A stretch of DNA of 59,606 bases from Thermodesulfobacteriota bacterium (GCA_041862515.1 JBGVTJ010000194.1:1-59606), one strand, 5' to 3'; shown: positions 10,125 to 20,366, numbered from the stretch's first letter. Made by a program: numbers and translations. The notes: generated by a model not told the origin, from the sequence alone.

Positions 10125-11855
10125 ATGGAAAACCATCAACGCCTTTCCGAATCGTGGGAAGATAGCATTGAGAAGCTGAAGGTGTTGGTGATTTTCCGTG
10201 TGATCATCATCACCCTTCTTCTGAGCATCATCCTCTTCATCCAATTTAAAAAAGGGGGATCCTTTTTCATTACCCCCAATAACCTCGTCTACTACTTCAT
10301 CGGCCTGACCTATTTTATCACCCTCATTTATGTCCCCTTGCTGACCAGGACGAAGGACGTTAAGAGGTTCGCCTTCGTCCAACACATCGTGGATATCCTG
10401 CTGATCACCCTGTTGGTTTACTTAACGGGCGGGATAGAGAGCTTCTTCGTCATCCTTTACATCTTCTCCATCATCAGCGGAAGCATCATTCTCTATAAGA
10501 GGGGGGCTTATATCATTGCGTCCATTAGTGGTATTGCCTATGGGACTTTTCTGGATTTGGAGTATTACGGAATTATCCCACCCCTGTATGACAGCCTATC
10601 CAGTGGATATCACTATAGCAGTAGCTACGTGCTTTATCGAATTCTCGTATATGTCGTGGCCTTCTTCATCGTCGCCTTCTTAAGTAGCCATCTTGCAGAG
10701 GAACTCCGGAGAAAAAGGAGGGAGTTGATCAAAAAACAGGACGATTACGAGAAGCTGGAAGCTTTCAATCGGGATATTGTCCAATCCCTGGATAGCGGAC
10801 TGTTGACCATTGACTCCCATGGAAAGATTACCTCCTGCAATAAGACGGCCCAGAGAATTTTGGGTTTGGATTCCCATGAAATGGAACAGAACCATATCCA
10901 ACAGCTCTTTCCCGATATCGATGAAACCTTGTTCACCATGGAGGATAATTCCCCAAAGGTCAACCCGTATCAGCGATATGAGACTATCTTTGGCGATAAG
11001 ACGGGGAAAACCCTCTTTTTGGGTTTTTCCGTCTCCTCCCTGAGGGACAACAACGATCGAGTAACCGGCAAAACCTTTATCTTTCAGGACATCACCACAT
11101 TTAAGGAGATGGAGGAACAAATTAAGCGCTCTGATCGAATGGCAACCATTGGGCAGTTCGCGGCGGGCATAGCCCATGAAATCCGAAATCCCCTCACCTC
11201 ACTGAGTGGATCTATACAAGTCCTGAAAGGGGAATTGAACCTAAGGGGGACGAATCGCCATCTCATGGATATCATCCTGAGGGAATCGGAGAGGCTTAAT
11301 AATCTGATCACGGATTTCCTCCTTTTCGCCCAACCCTCCAAGATCAATAAGGAGAAGATGAATATTGGTCAGGTTATTGATGAAACACTTGAGTTATTCA
11401 AAAATTCGCCAGACCATAATCGAGCTATCAAGATTGTTAAGTATCTTAAGGACGAAATTTTTGTCTTGGGCGACCAGTATCAACTAAAGCAATTGTTTTG
11501 GAATCTGTTTATCAATGCCGCTCAAATAATGCCAAATGGAGGTGAATTGAGGGTTAAGCTTGAAACGGTCAACGCGGACGGGGCCACTGGTCGACTTCAA
11601 GGAGCGAAGCAAAAGGATATGACTCCCTTTGCAAAGATATCCGTCTCGGATACTGGCAATGGAATTAATCCAGATGAAAAGGAGAAAATCTTCGAGCCCT
11701 TTTTCACGACGAAGGAGGGTGGAACCGGATTGGGCCTCGCCATTGTCCATCGAATCGTGGAAAATCACGATGGATTCATTTCCGTCAATAGTCAACGGAA
11801 TAAGGGAACGACTTTTGACATTTTCCTGTCCATGGAAGGTGTTTTGAAATCTTAA
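10125..11855 (+). CDS. pilS: PilS-like sensor histidine kinase (multi-TM N-terminus, PAS, HisKA, HATPase_c)
   Basis: About 6 TM helices, a PAS segment, H-box AAGIAHEIRNPL, N-box, and G-box GGTGLGLAI. Its position between pilC and pilR supports the call. Confidence 0.85.
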   Translation: MENHQRLSESWEDSIEKLKVLVIFRVIIITLLLSIILFIQFKKGGSFFITPNNLVYYFIGLTYFITLIYVPLLTRTKDVKRFAFVQHIVDILLITLLVYLTGGIESFFVILYIFSIISGSIILYKRGAYIIASISGIAYGTFLDLEYYGIIPPLYDSLSSGYHYSSSYVLYRILVYVVAFFIVAFLSSHLAEELRRKRRELIKKQDDYEKLEAFNRDIVQSLDSGLLTIDSHGKITSCNKTAQRILGLDSHEMEQNHIQQLFPDIDETLFTMEDNSPKVNPYQRYETIFGDKTGKTLFLGFSVSSLRDNNDRVTGKTFIFQDITTFKEMEEQIKRSDRMATIGQFAAGIAHEIRNPLTSLSGSIQVLKGELNLRGTNRHLMDIILRESERLNNLITDFLLFAQPSKINKEKMNIGQVIDETLELFKNSPDHNRAIKIVKYLKDEIFVLGDQYQLKQLFWNLFINAAQIMPNGGELRVKLETVNADGATGRLQGAKQKDMTPFAKISVSDTGNGINPDEKEKIFEPFFTTKEGGTGLGLAIVHRIVENHDGFISVNSQRNKGTTFDIFLSMEGVLKS

Positions 11856-11871
11856 CCGGCGGGATATCGGC

Positions 11872-13260
11872 ATGGAAAAAAACAAAATTTTAGTGGTCGA
11901 TGATGAGCGGAGCATGAGGGAATTTCTTGGAATCATGCTTACCAAAGAGGGTTACATTGTGACTCAATGCCCCGATGGAGAGACGGCTTTGAGGCAGGTG
12001 GAGCAAGATATTTTCGATCTGGTCATCATGGATATCCGAATGCCTAAGATGGATGGAATCACCGTTTTGGAACGAATGAAGGAGATCACACCGGAAACCA
12101 TTGCCATCATGATAACGGCTTTCGCCTCCACTGATACCGCCGTTCGAGCGATGAAGAAAGGTGCCTATGACTATATCACAAAACCTTTCAAGATCGATGA
12201 AATTAAGCTCATCATCCGCAACGCACTGGAAAAGAAAGCCTTGGAAAAGGAAAACATCCTGTTAAAACGCCTTGTTGAAACCAAATACAGCTTTGATGAG
12301 ATAATCGGGCAAGGTCCCAAAATGTTAGCCCTTTACGAACTCATGGAAAAGATAGCACCAACCAAAACGAACATTCTCATTACCGGGGAAAGCGGAACGG
12401 GAAAGGAATTAGTGGCCAAGGCTATCCATTTCAATAGCCCCCGGAAGGACAAGGGCTTTGTTACATTGAACTGCGGCGCCATACCGGAAAATTTGCTGGA
12501 AAGCGAACTGTTTGGACACATGAAGGGAGCTTTTACTGGAGCGATGTACAATAAACGGGGTCTCTTCGAGGTGGCCGATGGCGGGTCCATCTTCCTCGAT
12601 GAAATCGGTGAATTGCCCCTCTCAATGCAGGTGAAGATCCTGAGGGTGATACAGGATAGGGAATTCACCCGTGTTGGGGGAACGGAACAGATCAAGGTCG
12701 ATGTTCGAATCATATCGGCCTCCAATAAGGATCTAGAGGAGGCCGTCAGGGAGAAAAAATTCAGGGAAGACCTTTACTACCGGCTCAATGTCATCCAGAT
12801 CAAATTGCCGTTGCTCCGAGAACGGAGGGAGGACATCCCGCTTTTGGCCGAACACTTTTTCAAGAAATACGCGCAAGAATTGAGCAAGGATATACGGGAA
12901 ATCTCCCCCGATGCCATGAAACTGCTCGTCAATTACGACTACCCCGGAAATGTCAGAGAACTTCAAAACATCATAGAGAGGGGGGTTGCCCTGGAGACCG
13001 GCAATACCCTGACGGTTGAAAATCTCAAATCGTATTTGGATGAACAGCAAGGAGTAAAGAGGATTGACGATGCCTTCTTCGACATTCCAACCGAGGGGAT
13101 CGATCTGGAAACGGTTGTGGGGGATCTGGAAAGGAGTTTATTGATAAAAGCATTGGAGAGAGCAAAGGGGGTTAAGAAGAAGGCGGCCGAATTGTTGAAT
13201 ATCAATTTTCGATCGATGCGATATCGTCTTGAGAAGTATGGCCTCAATACCAGGGACTAG
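11872..13260 (+). CDS. pilR: sigma54-dependent response regulator PilR (NtrC family)
   Basis: REC domain, an AAA+ domain with GESGTGKE and the GAFTGA loop (KGAFTGA), and a C-terminal Fis-type HTH. Confidence 0.92.
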   Translation: MEKNKILVVDDERSMREFLGIMLTKEGYIVTQCPDGETALRQVEQDIFDLVIMDIRMPKMDGITVLERMKEITPETIAIMITAFASTDTAVRAMKKGAYDYITKPFKIDEIKLIIRNALEKKALEKENILLKRLVETKYSFDEIIGQGPKMLALYELMEKIAPTKTNILITGESGTGKELVAKAIHFNSPRKDKGFVTLNCGAIPENLLESELFGHMKGAFTGAMYNKRGLFEVADGGSIFLDEIGELPLSMQVKILRVIQDREFTRVGGTEQIKVDVRIISASNKDLEEAVREKKFREDLYYRLNVIQIKLPLLRERREDIPLLAEHFFKKYAQELSKDIREISPDAMKLLVNYDYPGNVRELQNIIERGVALETGNTLTVENLKSYLDEQQGVKRIDDAFFDIPTEGIDLETVVGDLERSLLIKALERAKGVKKKAAELLNINFRSMRYRLEKYGLNTRD

Positions 13261-13334
13261 TGTCACCTCCCAAAAGTAATTTACAAAAATCACACCAAAA
13301 CTGATCGTACGTATTCAGAAGTCAAAATGTAAAA

Positions 13335-13454
13335 TTCGAAGTACGAAATTCGAAACAATAACAAAATTCAAATTTTCGAATTTTCTAAACATGTTTTCGA
13401 TTTTGGTCATTTGATATTTGGATTCGTTTGGCATTTCGATATTCGAATTTCGGA
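13335..13454. repeat. AT-rich degenerate array rich in TTCGA/TTCGAA motifs
   Basis: Seven exact TTCGA copies (starting 13335, 13349, 13375, 13396, 13435, 13442 and near variants) lie within about 112 bp. Some are palindromic (AAATTTTCGAATTTT). No ORF with protein-like sequence is present. Confidence 0.8.
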
Positions 13455-13541
13455 TTTGGAATGTTGTGTTTCTGGATGCTGTGCGATCGTGTAAATTATG
13501 CAAGTCATTACTGCAACACTACACTAGGGGCATTTCGCCTC

Positions 13542-14150
13542 TTACTCCCTTGAATACCCTACCGGAATCACATAGAGGGGCTTCAACTCGGAGGGAAGAT
13601 TGAGCACTCGGGATACATCTTCATCGCGAAAGGCGCCCACCATAACGGAGCAAAGCCCCAAGGCCTCCCCCTGCAAGGCCAAGTTCTGTCCGAGGTGACC
13701 CACCTCCATATGCACATATCTCACCCCTCGATCTCCATAGCTGCCAATTGTCCTGGAATACTCCGCACACACTACAAAGGATAGTGGAGCCCTCCTGATG
13801 AAATCCTGGCCCAGGCAGGCAGAGCATAACCTCTTTCTCAGGTCTCCGGGGAGATGATAGATTATGAAATGTTTCTCAGGCACGTACCGATAAATCCCTC
13901 CAGCCACGGATTCGACCCCAGCTTCACCCAGAAGCAAGTAGACTTCAAGGGGATAGGTCGCCCCAGCCGAGGGAACGGTTCTGTAATACCCCTCCGTTAT
14001 GCCCTGGCAAGCCCATAGGAGTTGAGAAAGCTGGCTCTCTGTAATGGTTCTGCTGGAAAATGCCCTGGTGCTCCTTCTTCGTAAAATGACCTCCTCGAGG
14101 GACAATCCTCCCTTGAACCTCGGCTTCGGAAGCGCGATCGCCTTCTCCAT
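13542..14150 (-). CDS. nitroreductase family protein (SagB/ThcOx-type dehydrogenase domain)
   Basis: RRSTR(A)F motif, PSAGATYPLE, and overall nitroreductase-fold similarity. Confidence 0.85.
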   Translation of the reverse strand: MEKAIALPKPRFKGGLSLEEVILRRRSTRAFSSRTITESQLSQLLWACQGITEGYYRTVPSAGATYPLEVYLLLGEAGVESVAGGIYRYVPEKHFIIYHLPGDLRKRLCSACLGQDFIRRAPLSFVVCAEYSRTIGSYGDRGVRYVHMEVGHLGQNLALQGEALGLCSVMVGAFRDEDVSRVLNLPSELKPLYVIPVGYSRE

Positions 14151-14180
14151 TTCGAAACCCCTTTGAGATCCCCAAAACGA

Positions 14181-14270
14181 GGAAAAGGAGCTCTGAGCGC
14201 GAATTGATCAAGTAGTTGGACTAAAATGTGACCCGCAAAACCGCATGACTGAAGCACTGCACAACCGCAA
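14181..14270 (+). repeat. composite of short interspersed repeats R2 (14181-14205) and R3 (14233-14270)
   Basis: R2 (GGAAAAGGAGCTCTGAGCGCGAAT) recurs at 19877-19901 and inverted at 16199-16217. R3 (CCGCA.AACCGCATGACTG.AGCACTGCA) recurs at 16152-16182. Confidence 0.85.
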
Positions 14271-14276
14271 TTCCGC

Positions 14277-16013
14277 CTATCTCCTCTTGAACAACTTATC
14301 AAGGTGTGGGTAATCGATCTCGGAAAAGATGGGCCTTCCGTGGGGACAGGTAGTAGCGAAGTCGATCCTCTCTAGATCACCAAGCAGGGTTTGCATCTCC
14401 TCATCCCTTAACGCCCGGTTTCCCCTGATTGCCCCATGGCAGGCTATGATCGTAAAAACCCTCTCCGTCATGGCCGCTCCCTGAAGAGACCTGCCTTCAG
14501 AGGCCAACTCTCCAATAATATCCTTGACCAGGGACTCAATGTCCTCTCCCGCCACAACCTGGGGAACCGTTTTGACCGCGAAAGTGGTACCACCGAAGGC
14601 CTCGATTTCCATGCCCAACTTCTCTAGTTCGTCCTTATAAACACCCAATACGTGCTCCTCAGCATGAGATAACTCCATCACGTGGGGAAAAAGGAGTACC
14701 TGGCGAACGACGGCGGCATTTCCAAGCTGGTGCTTTAACTTCTCGAAGAGGACCCTCTCGTGGGCCGCATGCTGGTCGATTATTACTAATCCCTGAGGCC
14801 CCTGACAAACGATATAGGTGCCGCCGATCTGACCCAACGGGAAAAGGGATGTATAGAAACCCCCTGGTTGGGCCTCACGGAAAAATTCCGGGAATACGAG
14901 ACTCCTTCCCCCCTCTTTTCCCTCTGTCGGCCCATATTCCCCTGTTTCCTCTCGAATTCCACCGTGAACCCCCTTTTCCTGCCAGTAGGTCTCTATGGCC
15001 CGAGAAATCCTCGCATCACCCGGGGCCGCCTTTAGCTGTGACTGGAGGGCCAGGCGGATCGAACGGTAAACCTTCTCCTGATCCCTGAACCTGATCTCCC
15101 TCTTGGTGGGATGCACGTTAACGTCTATACGATGGGGTGAAAGATCGATGAAGAGAATGGCAACGGGGTAGCGATCCCGAGGGATGAGAGTCCGGTAGGA
15201 GTCGAAAATAGAACGATTCACAGTCCTATCCCTTACGAAGCGCCCGTTTACATAAGCGAAGATGGACTTCGCCGTTGAAAGGGTCAACGTAGGCTTTCCG
15301 ATATACCCCGTAAGGGAAATAGTCTCATCTCGAAACTCCACCGGGGTTAACCCCTCATAGGTATCCCGTCCAAGGATCGCCTCTATGCGGATTGAAGGGT
15401 CATTGGTCTTAGGGACATTATAGATTTCCCTTCCGTCGTGAACCAACCGAAACTGGACTGTGGGCTTGGACAGGGCCATCTGGTTCACGACCCTATGGAT
15501 GTGAAAAAGTTCCGTGTTCACTGACTTCAAAAATCTTCGCCGAACAGGGGTATTGTAAAAGAGGTTTTTTACCTCCACGCTTGTTCCCACAGGGGAGCCG
15601 GCATCGCAAACACGCACCTCTATGCCGGCCTCTCTATATACCTCTATTCCAACCTGAGATGTGCCATCTCGGGTTATAAGCCTCATTTTGGAAACGGAGG
15701 CAATGCTTGGCAAGGCCTCTCCCCTAAACCCAAGAGTCTGAATGGCATAGAGATCCTCCTCCTTTTGCACCTTGCTGGTTGCATACCGCTCCGTTGCCAG
15801 AAGGGCATCCTCCCTGGACATACCACATCCGTTGTCCACCACCCGAATGGATTCCATTCCACCCGCCTTGATATCACAGAGGATCGAGGTGGCCCCCGCA
15901 TCGATGGAGTTCTCTATAAGCTCCTTTACGACCGAAGCGGGCCTCTCCACGACCTCCCCTGCCGCGATTTTAACGATCAAATCTTCCGAAAGGATTCTAA
16001 TCTTCGAGGACAT
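14277..16013 (-). CDS. mutL: DNA mismatch repair protein MutL
   Basis: GHKL ATPase N-terminus (IAAGEVVERPASVVKELIENSIDAG, DNGCGM) and a MutL C-terminal dimerisation domain. Confidence 0.97.
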   Translation of the reverse strand: MSSKIRILSEDLIVKIAAGEVVERPASVVKELIENSIDAGATSILCDIKAGGMESIRVVDNGCGMSREDALLATERYATSKVQKEEDLYAIQTLGFRGEALPSIASVSKMRLITRDGTSQVGIEVYREAGIEVRVCDAGSPVGTSVEVKNLFYNTPVRRRFLKSVNTELFHIHRVVNQMALSKPTVQFRLVHDGREIYNVPKTNDPSIRIEAILGRDTYEGLTPVEFRDETISLTGYIGKPTLTLSTAKSIFAYVNGRFVRDRTVNRSIFDSYRTLIPRDRYPVAILFIDLSPHRIDVNVHPTKREIRFRDQEKVYRSIRLALQSQLKAAPGDARISRAIETYWQEKGVHGGIREETGEYGPTEGKEGGRSLVFPEFFREAQPGGFYTSLFPLGQIGGTYIVCQGPQGLVIIDQHAAHERVLFEKLKHQLGNAAVVRQVLLFPHVMELSHAEEHVLGVYKDELEKLGMEIEAFGGTTFAVKTVPQVVAGEDIESLVKDIIGELASEGRSLQGAAMTERVFTIIACHGAIRGNRALRDEEMQTLLGDLERIDFATTCPHGRPIFSEIDYPHLDKLFKRR

Positions 16014-16056
16014 GCCTCCTCCGTCGAAGGAAGGAAATGTTTTAAGGATACGTCTG

Positions 16057-16217
16057 GAGTTCTCTCAAAAAGTCGCTCTTCGCCGCTCAAAATATTTTTC
16101 AGACCATTCTAAAGTTCGCTTCACTCCATACATAGTGAACAAAGAATGTACACCGCAGAACCGCATGACTGCAGCACTGCAATACTGTATGATTTTGTGC
16201 TCAGAGCTCCTTTTCCC
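16057..16217. repeat. mosaic of short repeats R4 (16057-16086), R5 (16089-16125), R3 (16152-16182) and inverted R2 (16199-16217)
   Basis: R4 is the reverse complement of 20264-20293 (28/30). The R5 core CATTCTAAAGTTYGCTTCACT recurs at 55750-55770. R3 and R2 match the elements at 14181-14270. Confidence 0.85.
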
Positions 16218-16237
16218 AAATCTTTCAGAGATCTCTT

Positions 16238-19200
16238 TTATTCAAATCGGACGATATGATATCCGAAGACCTCTTCGACCTCCTTCGCCATAGTATCGGA
16301 CGGAGTAACATTGAACGCGTCGGGAAGTGAGATCACCGTTTCGCTGCGATTCGGGATAATCATGTGGAGGAAAACCGGGCACTGCCCCCTCTCCGCCAAG
16401 AGGATGGACTTCAACCTCTCCAGGAGCTCCTTGGTCAACCCGGGTGTTGTGAGGTTAATATGGACCCGAGAGATAGACTTCTCCTTTACTCTGGAAATGG
16501 GTATCACCTCATTGGCCTTGATCTTGGTGGTATCTTCCCCCGTATCCAAGATTCCTCTCACCAAAATCGGCTCGTCTCCCTTCAGATAGGGCAGAGACGA
16601 GAGGAAGACATCCGGAAAGAGGATGACCTCGATGACTCCCTTCAGATCCTCCAACGTAGCAAAGGCCATTCGTTCCCCTTTTCTGGTAGTGATCTCCTTG
16701 TACGTGCTCACCACCCCGCACACTTTGACCTCTCTCCCGCTTTCAAATTGGGCTACACTCGCCGTATCCTCATTGGTGAACCGTTTGATATCCTCCTCAT
16801 ATCGGGCTAACGGATGGCTGGTGATATAGAAACCCAAGGTCTGCTTTTCGAAGCTCAACAACTGATTTTCGTGCCATTCCTCAATATCCGGTAATTGGTG
16901 ATGTTCCCTTGCAGTCGCTCCCCCTCCCCCATAGCCGGTAAACAAACTGACCTGTTTGTTTACCCTCTCCTTCTGTATCGTTTGAGCCATCTCGATGGCC
17001 TCATTCAGTGCAGCCATCATTTGTGAGCGATGGGCTCCGGTGAAATCGAATGCGCCGCATTTGATCAAACTCTCCAATACCCTCTTGTTCACCTTCCTAA
17101 GGTCAACCCTCTGGCAAAAATCGAAGATGTCTTTGAAGGGCCCATTTCTTTCCCTCTCCGAGATAATAGAATCCACTGCACCGCTTCCCACATTCTTAAC
17201 CGCTGCTAAACCGAACCGAATTTTATCCCCAATGACCGTGAAATCCTTAAAGCTCTCATTGACATCGGGGGGGATGATCTCGATTCCCATATCCTGACAC
17301 TCGCCGATATATTTGACAATCTTATCCGTGTTCTCCATTTCACAGGTAAGCAGTGCTGCCATGAATTCTAGTCGATAGTGGGCCTTGAGATAAGCCGTCT
17401 GGTAGGCGATGAGAGCATATGCTGCACTATGGGATTTGTTAAACCCGTATTCGGCGAATTTTGCCATGAGATCAAAGACCCTCTCTGCCTTATGGGAATC
17501 GATTCCCTTGCTCTTCGCACCTTCCAGGAATTTCTCCTTCTGTTTCTCCATCTCCTTGGGATTCTTTTTACTCATTGCCCTCCTGAGGACATCAGCGTCT
17601 CCAAGGGAAAAATTGGCCAGAGAACCCGCTATCTTCATAACCTGTTCCTGGTAGACGATAACTCCATAGGTCTCTCGAAGGATCTCCTCCATCTGGGGAA
17701 TTTCGTAGTGGATAGCCACGTTTCCGTGCTTCCGCTTAATAAAATCATCAACCATCCCGCTCCCCAGAGGACCTGGGCGATGGAGGGCCACCAAGGCAAT
17801 GATATCATCAAAGGACTCGGGTTTCAGTTTGACCAAAAGCTCTTTCATCCCCGAACTTTCCAACTGAAATATGCCCGTTGTTGCACCGGAACCCAAGAGC
17901 TCAAAGGTCTTCTTATCACCTAAATCCAGTTGATGGATATCGATCTTCCTATCCCCATCTCGATTGATCATCTCGACCGCCTTATCCAGTACGGTCAAGG
18001 TTTTGAGGCCCAGAAAATCGAACTTAATCAATCCGATCTTTTCCACATCCCCCATGGCATACTGAGTGATAATTTCGCCGTTCTGCCCGCGGTAAAGAGG
18101 AAGATATTCCATTAAGGGCTTATTGGATATGACCACACCAGCTGCATGCGTGGAGGAATGTCGGACCAAACCTTCCAGGGATTTGGCGGTTGTAATCAAA
18201 GACTTCACCCTCTCCTCAGACTCCATCAACTCCCGGAGCTTTGGCTCTTGGAGCAGTGCCTGATCCAGCGTGATATTCAGGGTGTTTGGGATGAGCTTTG
18301 CAATCCGATCTACTTCGTTATAGGGCATATCCAGGGCTCTCCCCACATCCCTGATCACCGCCTTTGCCTGCATCTTACCGAAGGTAATGATTTGCGCGAC
18401 GCTGTCATTTCCGTAGGTTTCCGTAACGTACCGAATTACCTCGTCCCTTCCCTTCATACAAAAATCGACATCGACGTCTGGCATGCTGATTCGCTCGGGA
18501 TTAAGGAACCTCTCAAATAAGAGTCCATAGCGAAGGGGGTCGAGATCGGTAATCCCCAGAGAATAGGCAACGAGGCTTCCAGCAGCAGATCCCCTTCCGG
18601 GGCCAACGGGAATTCCCCTCTTTTTCGCGTAATTGATGAAATCGGAGACGATGAGGAAATACCCGGAAAAACCCATGGATTTAATGGTTGCGAGCTCTTT
18701 CCCGAGCCTTGTAAAATATTCTTCGCGGCCTCGTGCGGCGGTTCCTCCGCCCGTTCCCATTTCGGATATCCTCTTTTCCAATCCCTCCTTTGCGAGATTT
18801 TCAAGGTAGGAATCTAACGACTCACCTGGCGGAACGACGAACCTGGGGAAATGGTATTCCCCGAATTTCAATTCCAAGTTGCACTGATCTGCGATCAGCA
18901 TAGTATTGGCAATCGCCTCTTCCCGACCAGCAAACAGGGTTTTCATCTCCTCGGGGGATCTGAAATAGAACTGATCCGTTGAGAACCTCATCCGACCCGC
19001 ATCATTGATAGTCTTTCCCGTCTGAATACACAATAAAACTTCGTGGGCCCTAGCATCCTCACGCCTCAGATAGTGGCAGTCGTTGGTGACTACCAAAGGT
19101 AGGGAAAGCTTGTCTGCCATGGCGCATAACTTCTCGTTTATCGCCCCTTGATTCTCCACCCCGTTCTCCTGAATCTCCAAGAAGAATCGATCAGGGGAGA

Positions 19201-19705
19201 ATATCTCCGAATATTCCAGGGCTATTCTTTTCGCTTCCTGATCTTCTCCTTTATCCAGTAAGAAGGCTATCTCTCCCTTTAAGCAACCGCTTAGTGCGAT
19301 CAACCCCTCGTTATATTGCCTCAAGAGGTCCTTATCAATCCGAGGCTTATAGTAGAATCCTTCAAGATGGGCCAGACTGATTAATTTGATTAAATTGTAG
19401 TATCCCGTTTTATTCTTAGCCAATAAGGTGATGTGAGAGGTCCCTTCGCTGGCATCCCTCGCCTTTTTTTCAAATCGGCTCTTGGGTGCCATATATATCT
19501 CGCATCCTATGATGGGCTTGATTCCATTCTTTATCGCCTTCTGGTAAAATTCTATAGCTCCGAACATATTGCCATGGTCCGTCAAGGCTACTGCCGGCAT
19601 GTCATATTTTTTAGCCAATGCGAAGAGTTCCTCGAATCGAATGGCTCCATCCAAAAGGCTATATTGGCTGTGAAGATGGAGATGAACAAATTGTCCTTTA
19701 TTCAT
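16238..19705 (-). CDS. dnaE: DNA polymerase III alpha subunit DnaE
   Basis: 1155 aa. PHP domain (HLHLHSQYSLLDG), polymerase core, HhH and OB-fold regions. Confidence 0.98.
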   Translation of the reverse strand: MNKGQFVHLHLHSQYSLLDGAIRFEELFALAKKYDMPAVALTDHGNMFGAIEFYQKAIKNGIKPIIGCEIYMAPKSRFEKKARDASEGTSHITLLAKNKTGYYNLIKLISLAHLEGFYYKPRIDKDLLRQYNEGLIALSGCLKGEIAFLLDKGEDQEAKRIALEYSEIFSPDRFFLEIQENGVENQGAINEKLCAMADKLSLPLVVTNDCHYLRREDARAHEVLLCIQTGKTINDAGRMRFSTDQFYFRSPEEMKTLFAGREEAIANTMLIADQCNLELKFGEYHFPRFVVPPGESLDSYLENLAKEGLEKRISEMGTGGGTAARGREEYFTRLGKELATIKSMGFSGYFLIVSDFINYAKKRGIPVGPGRGSAAGSLVAYSLGITDLDPLRYGLLFERFLNPERISMPDVDVDFCMKGRDEVIRYVTETYGNDSVAQIITFGKMQAKAVIRDVGRALDMPYNEVDRIAKLIPNTLNITLDQALLQEPKLRELMESEERVKSLITTAKSLEGLVRHSSTHAAGVVISNKPLMEYLPLYRGQNGEIITQYAMGDVEKIGLIKFDFLGLKTLTVLDKAVEMINRDGDRKIDIHQLDLGDKKTFELLGSGATTGIFQLESSGMKELLVKLKPESFDDIIALVALHRPGPLGSGMVDDFIKRKHGNVAIHYEIPQMEEILRETYGVIVYQEQVMKIAGSLANFSLGDADVLRRAMSKKNPKEMEKQKEKFLEGAKSKGIDSHKAERVFDLMAKFAEYGFNKSHSAAYALIAYQTAYLKAHYRLEFMAALLTCEMENTDKIVKYIGECQDMGIEIIPPDVNESFKDFTVIGDKIRFGLAAVKNVGSGAVDSIISERERNGPFKDIFDFCQRVDLRKVNKRVLESLIKCGAFDFTGAHRSQMMAALNEAIEMAQTIQKERVNKQVSLFTGYGGGGATAREHHQLPDIEEWHENQLLSFEKQTLGFYITSHPLARYEEDIKRFTNEDTASVAQFESGREVKVCGVVSTYKEITTRKGERMAFATLEDLKGVIEVILFPDVFLSSLPYLKGDEPILVRGILDTGEDTTKIKANEVIPISRVKEKSISRVHINLTTPGLTKELLERLKSILLAERGQCPVFLHMIIPNRSETVISLPDAFNVTPSDTMAKEVEEVFGYHIVRFE

Positions 19706-19798
19706 TCCTCCTCCTCATTGATACGTGGATAAACCACGAATTGACCTGTGTAGTCCCTCTTTCACGTCGCCGTATGTATGACTACAATCCGTTTTTGA

Positions 19799-19839
19799 CT
19801 ATATATTGTATTATTTGTTTTTAATAACACAATATATAG
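19799..19839. other. 41-bp AT-rich near-perfect palindrome upstream of dnaE
   Basis: Arms 19799-19815 and 19823-19839 are complementary at 16 of 17 positions, with a 7-nt loop TGTTTTT. Confidence 0.8.
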
Positions 19840-19876
19840 GATCTGTCAAGATAAAAAAAGGGATCTCTAAAAACCT

Positions 19877-19901
19877 GGGAAAAGGAGCTCTGAACGCGAA
19901 T
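19877..19901 (+). repeat. R2 repeat copy
   Basis: GGGAAAAGGAGCTCTGAACGCGAAT compared with 14181-14205. Confidence 0.8.
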
Positions 19902-19988
19902 CAAGATTTTTTCATTCTAAATTTTCCTTTGTTTCTGGAGAAAACCGTTGTCCCTGAGCGCAAGTTGCTGGAGAAGTGGGGTACTCAT

Positions 19989-20153
19989 CGAGGGTGAGCA
20001 GAGCTTGTCCTGAGTCTTCGACCCTGGGCCTTTCGGCAGTGAGCGACTCGACATGAGCCTTCGACCCGAGCTCAGGCCGAGGGGCTCGTCGACATGTCTC
20101 AAGGCCGAACTGCTCAGACCGAAGGGCTCAGCCGAAGGGGAGGGGAAAGCCAG
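19989..20153. repeat. R1 repeat, copy 2 (full alignable length)
   Basis: Near-identical to nt 1-165. Confidence 0.9.
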
Positions 20154-20263
20154 CCCGTCAGAGGCTGGAAGGGATAAGAATTCCCCGGAACCCCGAAAGC
20201 ATCACCTCACAAAACATTGGAGTAAAGGGACAGGGGTTTTCCCCTCACAAAATTTTTTTTCCA

Positions 20264-20293
20264 GGGGCGAAGAGCGACTTTTTCAGAGAACTC
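20264..20293 (-). repeat. R4 repeat, inverted copy
   Basis: GGGGCGAAGAGCGACTTTTTCAGAGAACTC is the reverse complement of 16057-16086 with 2 mismatches. Confidence 0.8.
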
Positions 20294-20366
20294 AAAATTA
20301 CCTGAGTTTCCACTTGAGAACGGCTCTCTCCCTGAAGATAACCTCCTTGAGAGGCAGGGTTCCATT

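Noticed and set aside
13426-13445. A sigma54-like TGGCAT-N5 element after pilR.
   Set aside because: The -12 region reads TATTC, with no GC dinucleotide at the required spacing, and there is no downstream gene on that strand.
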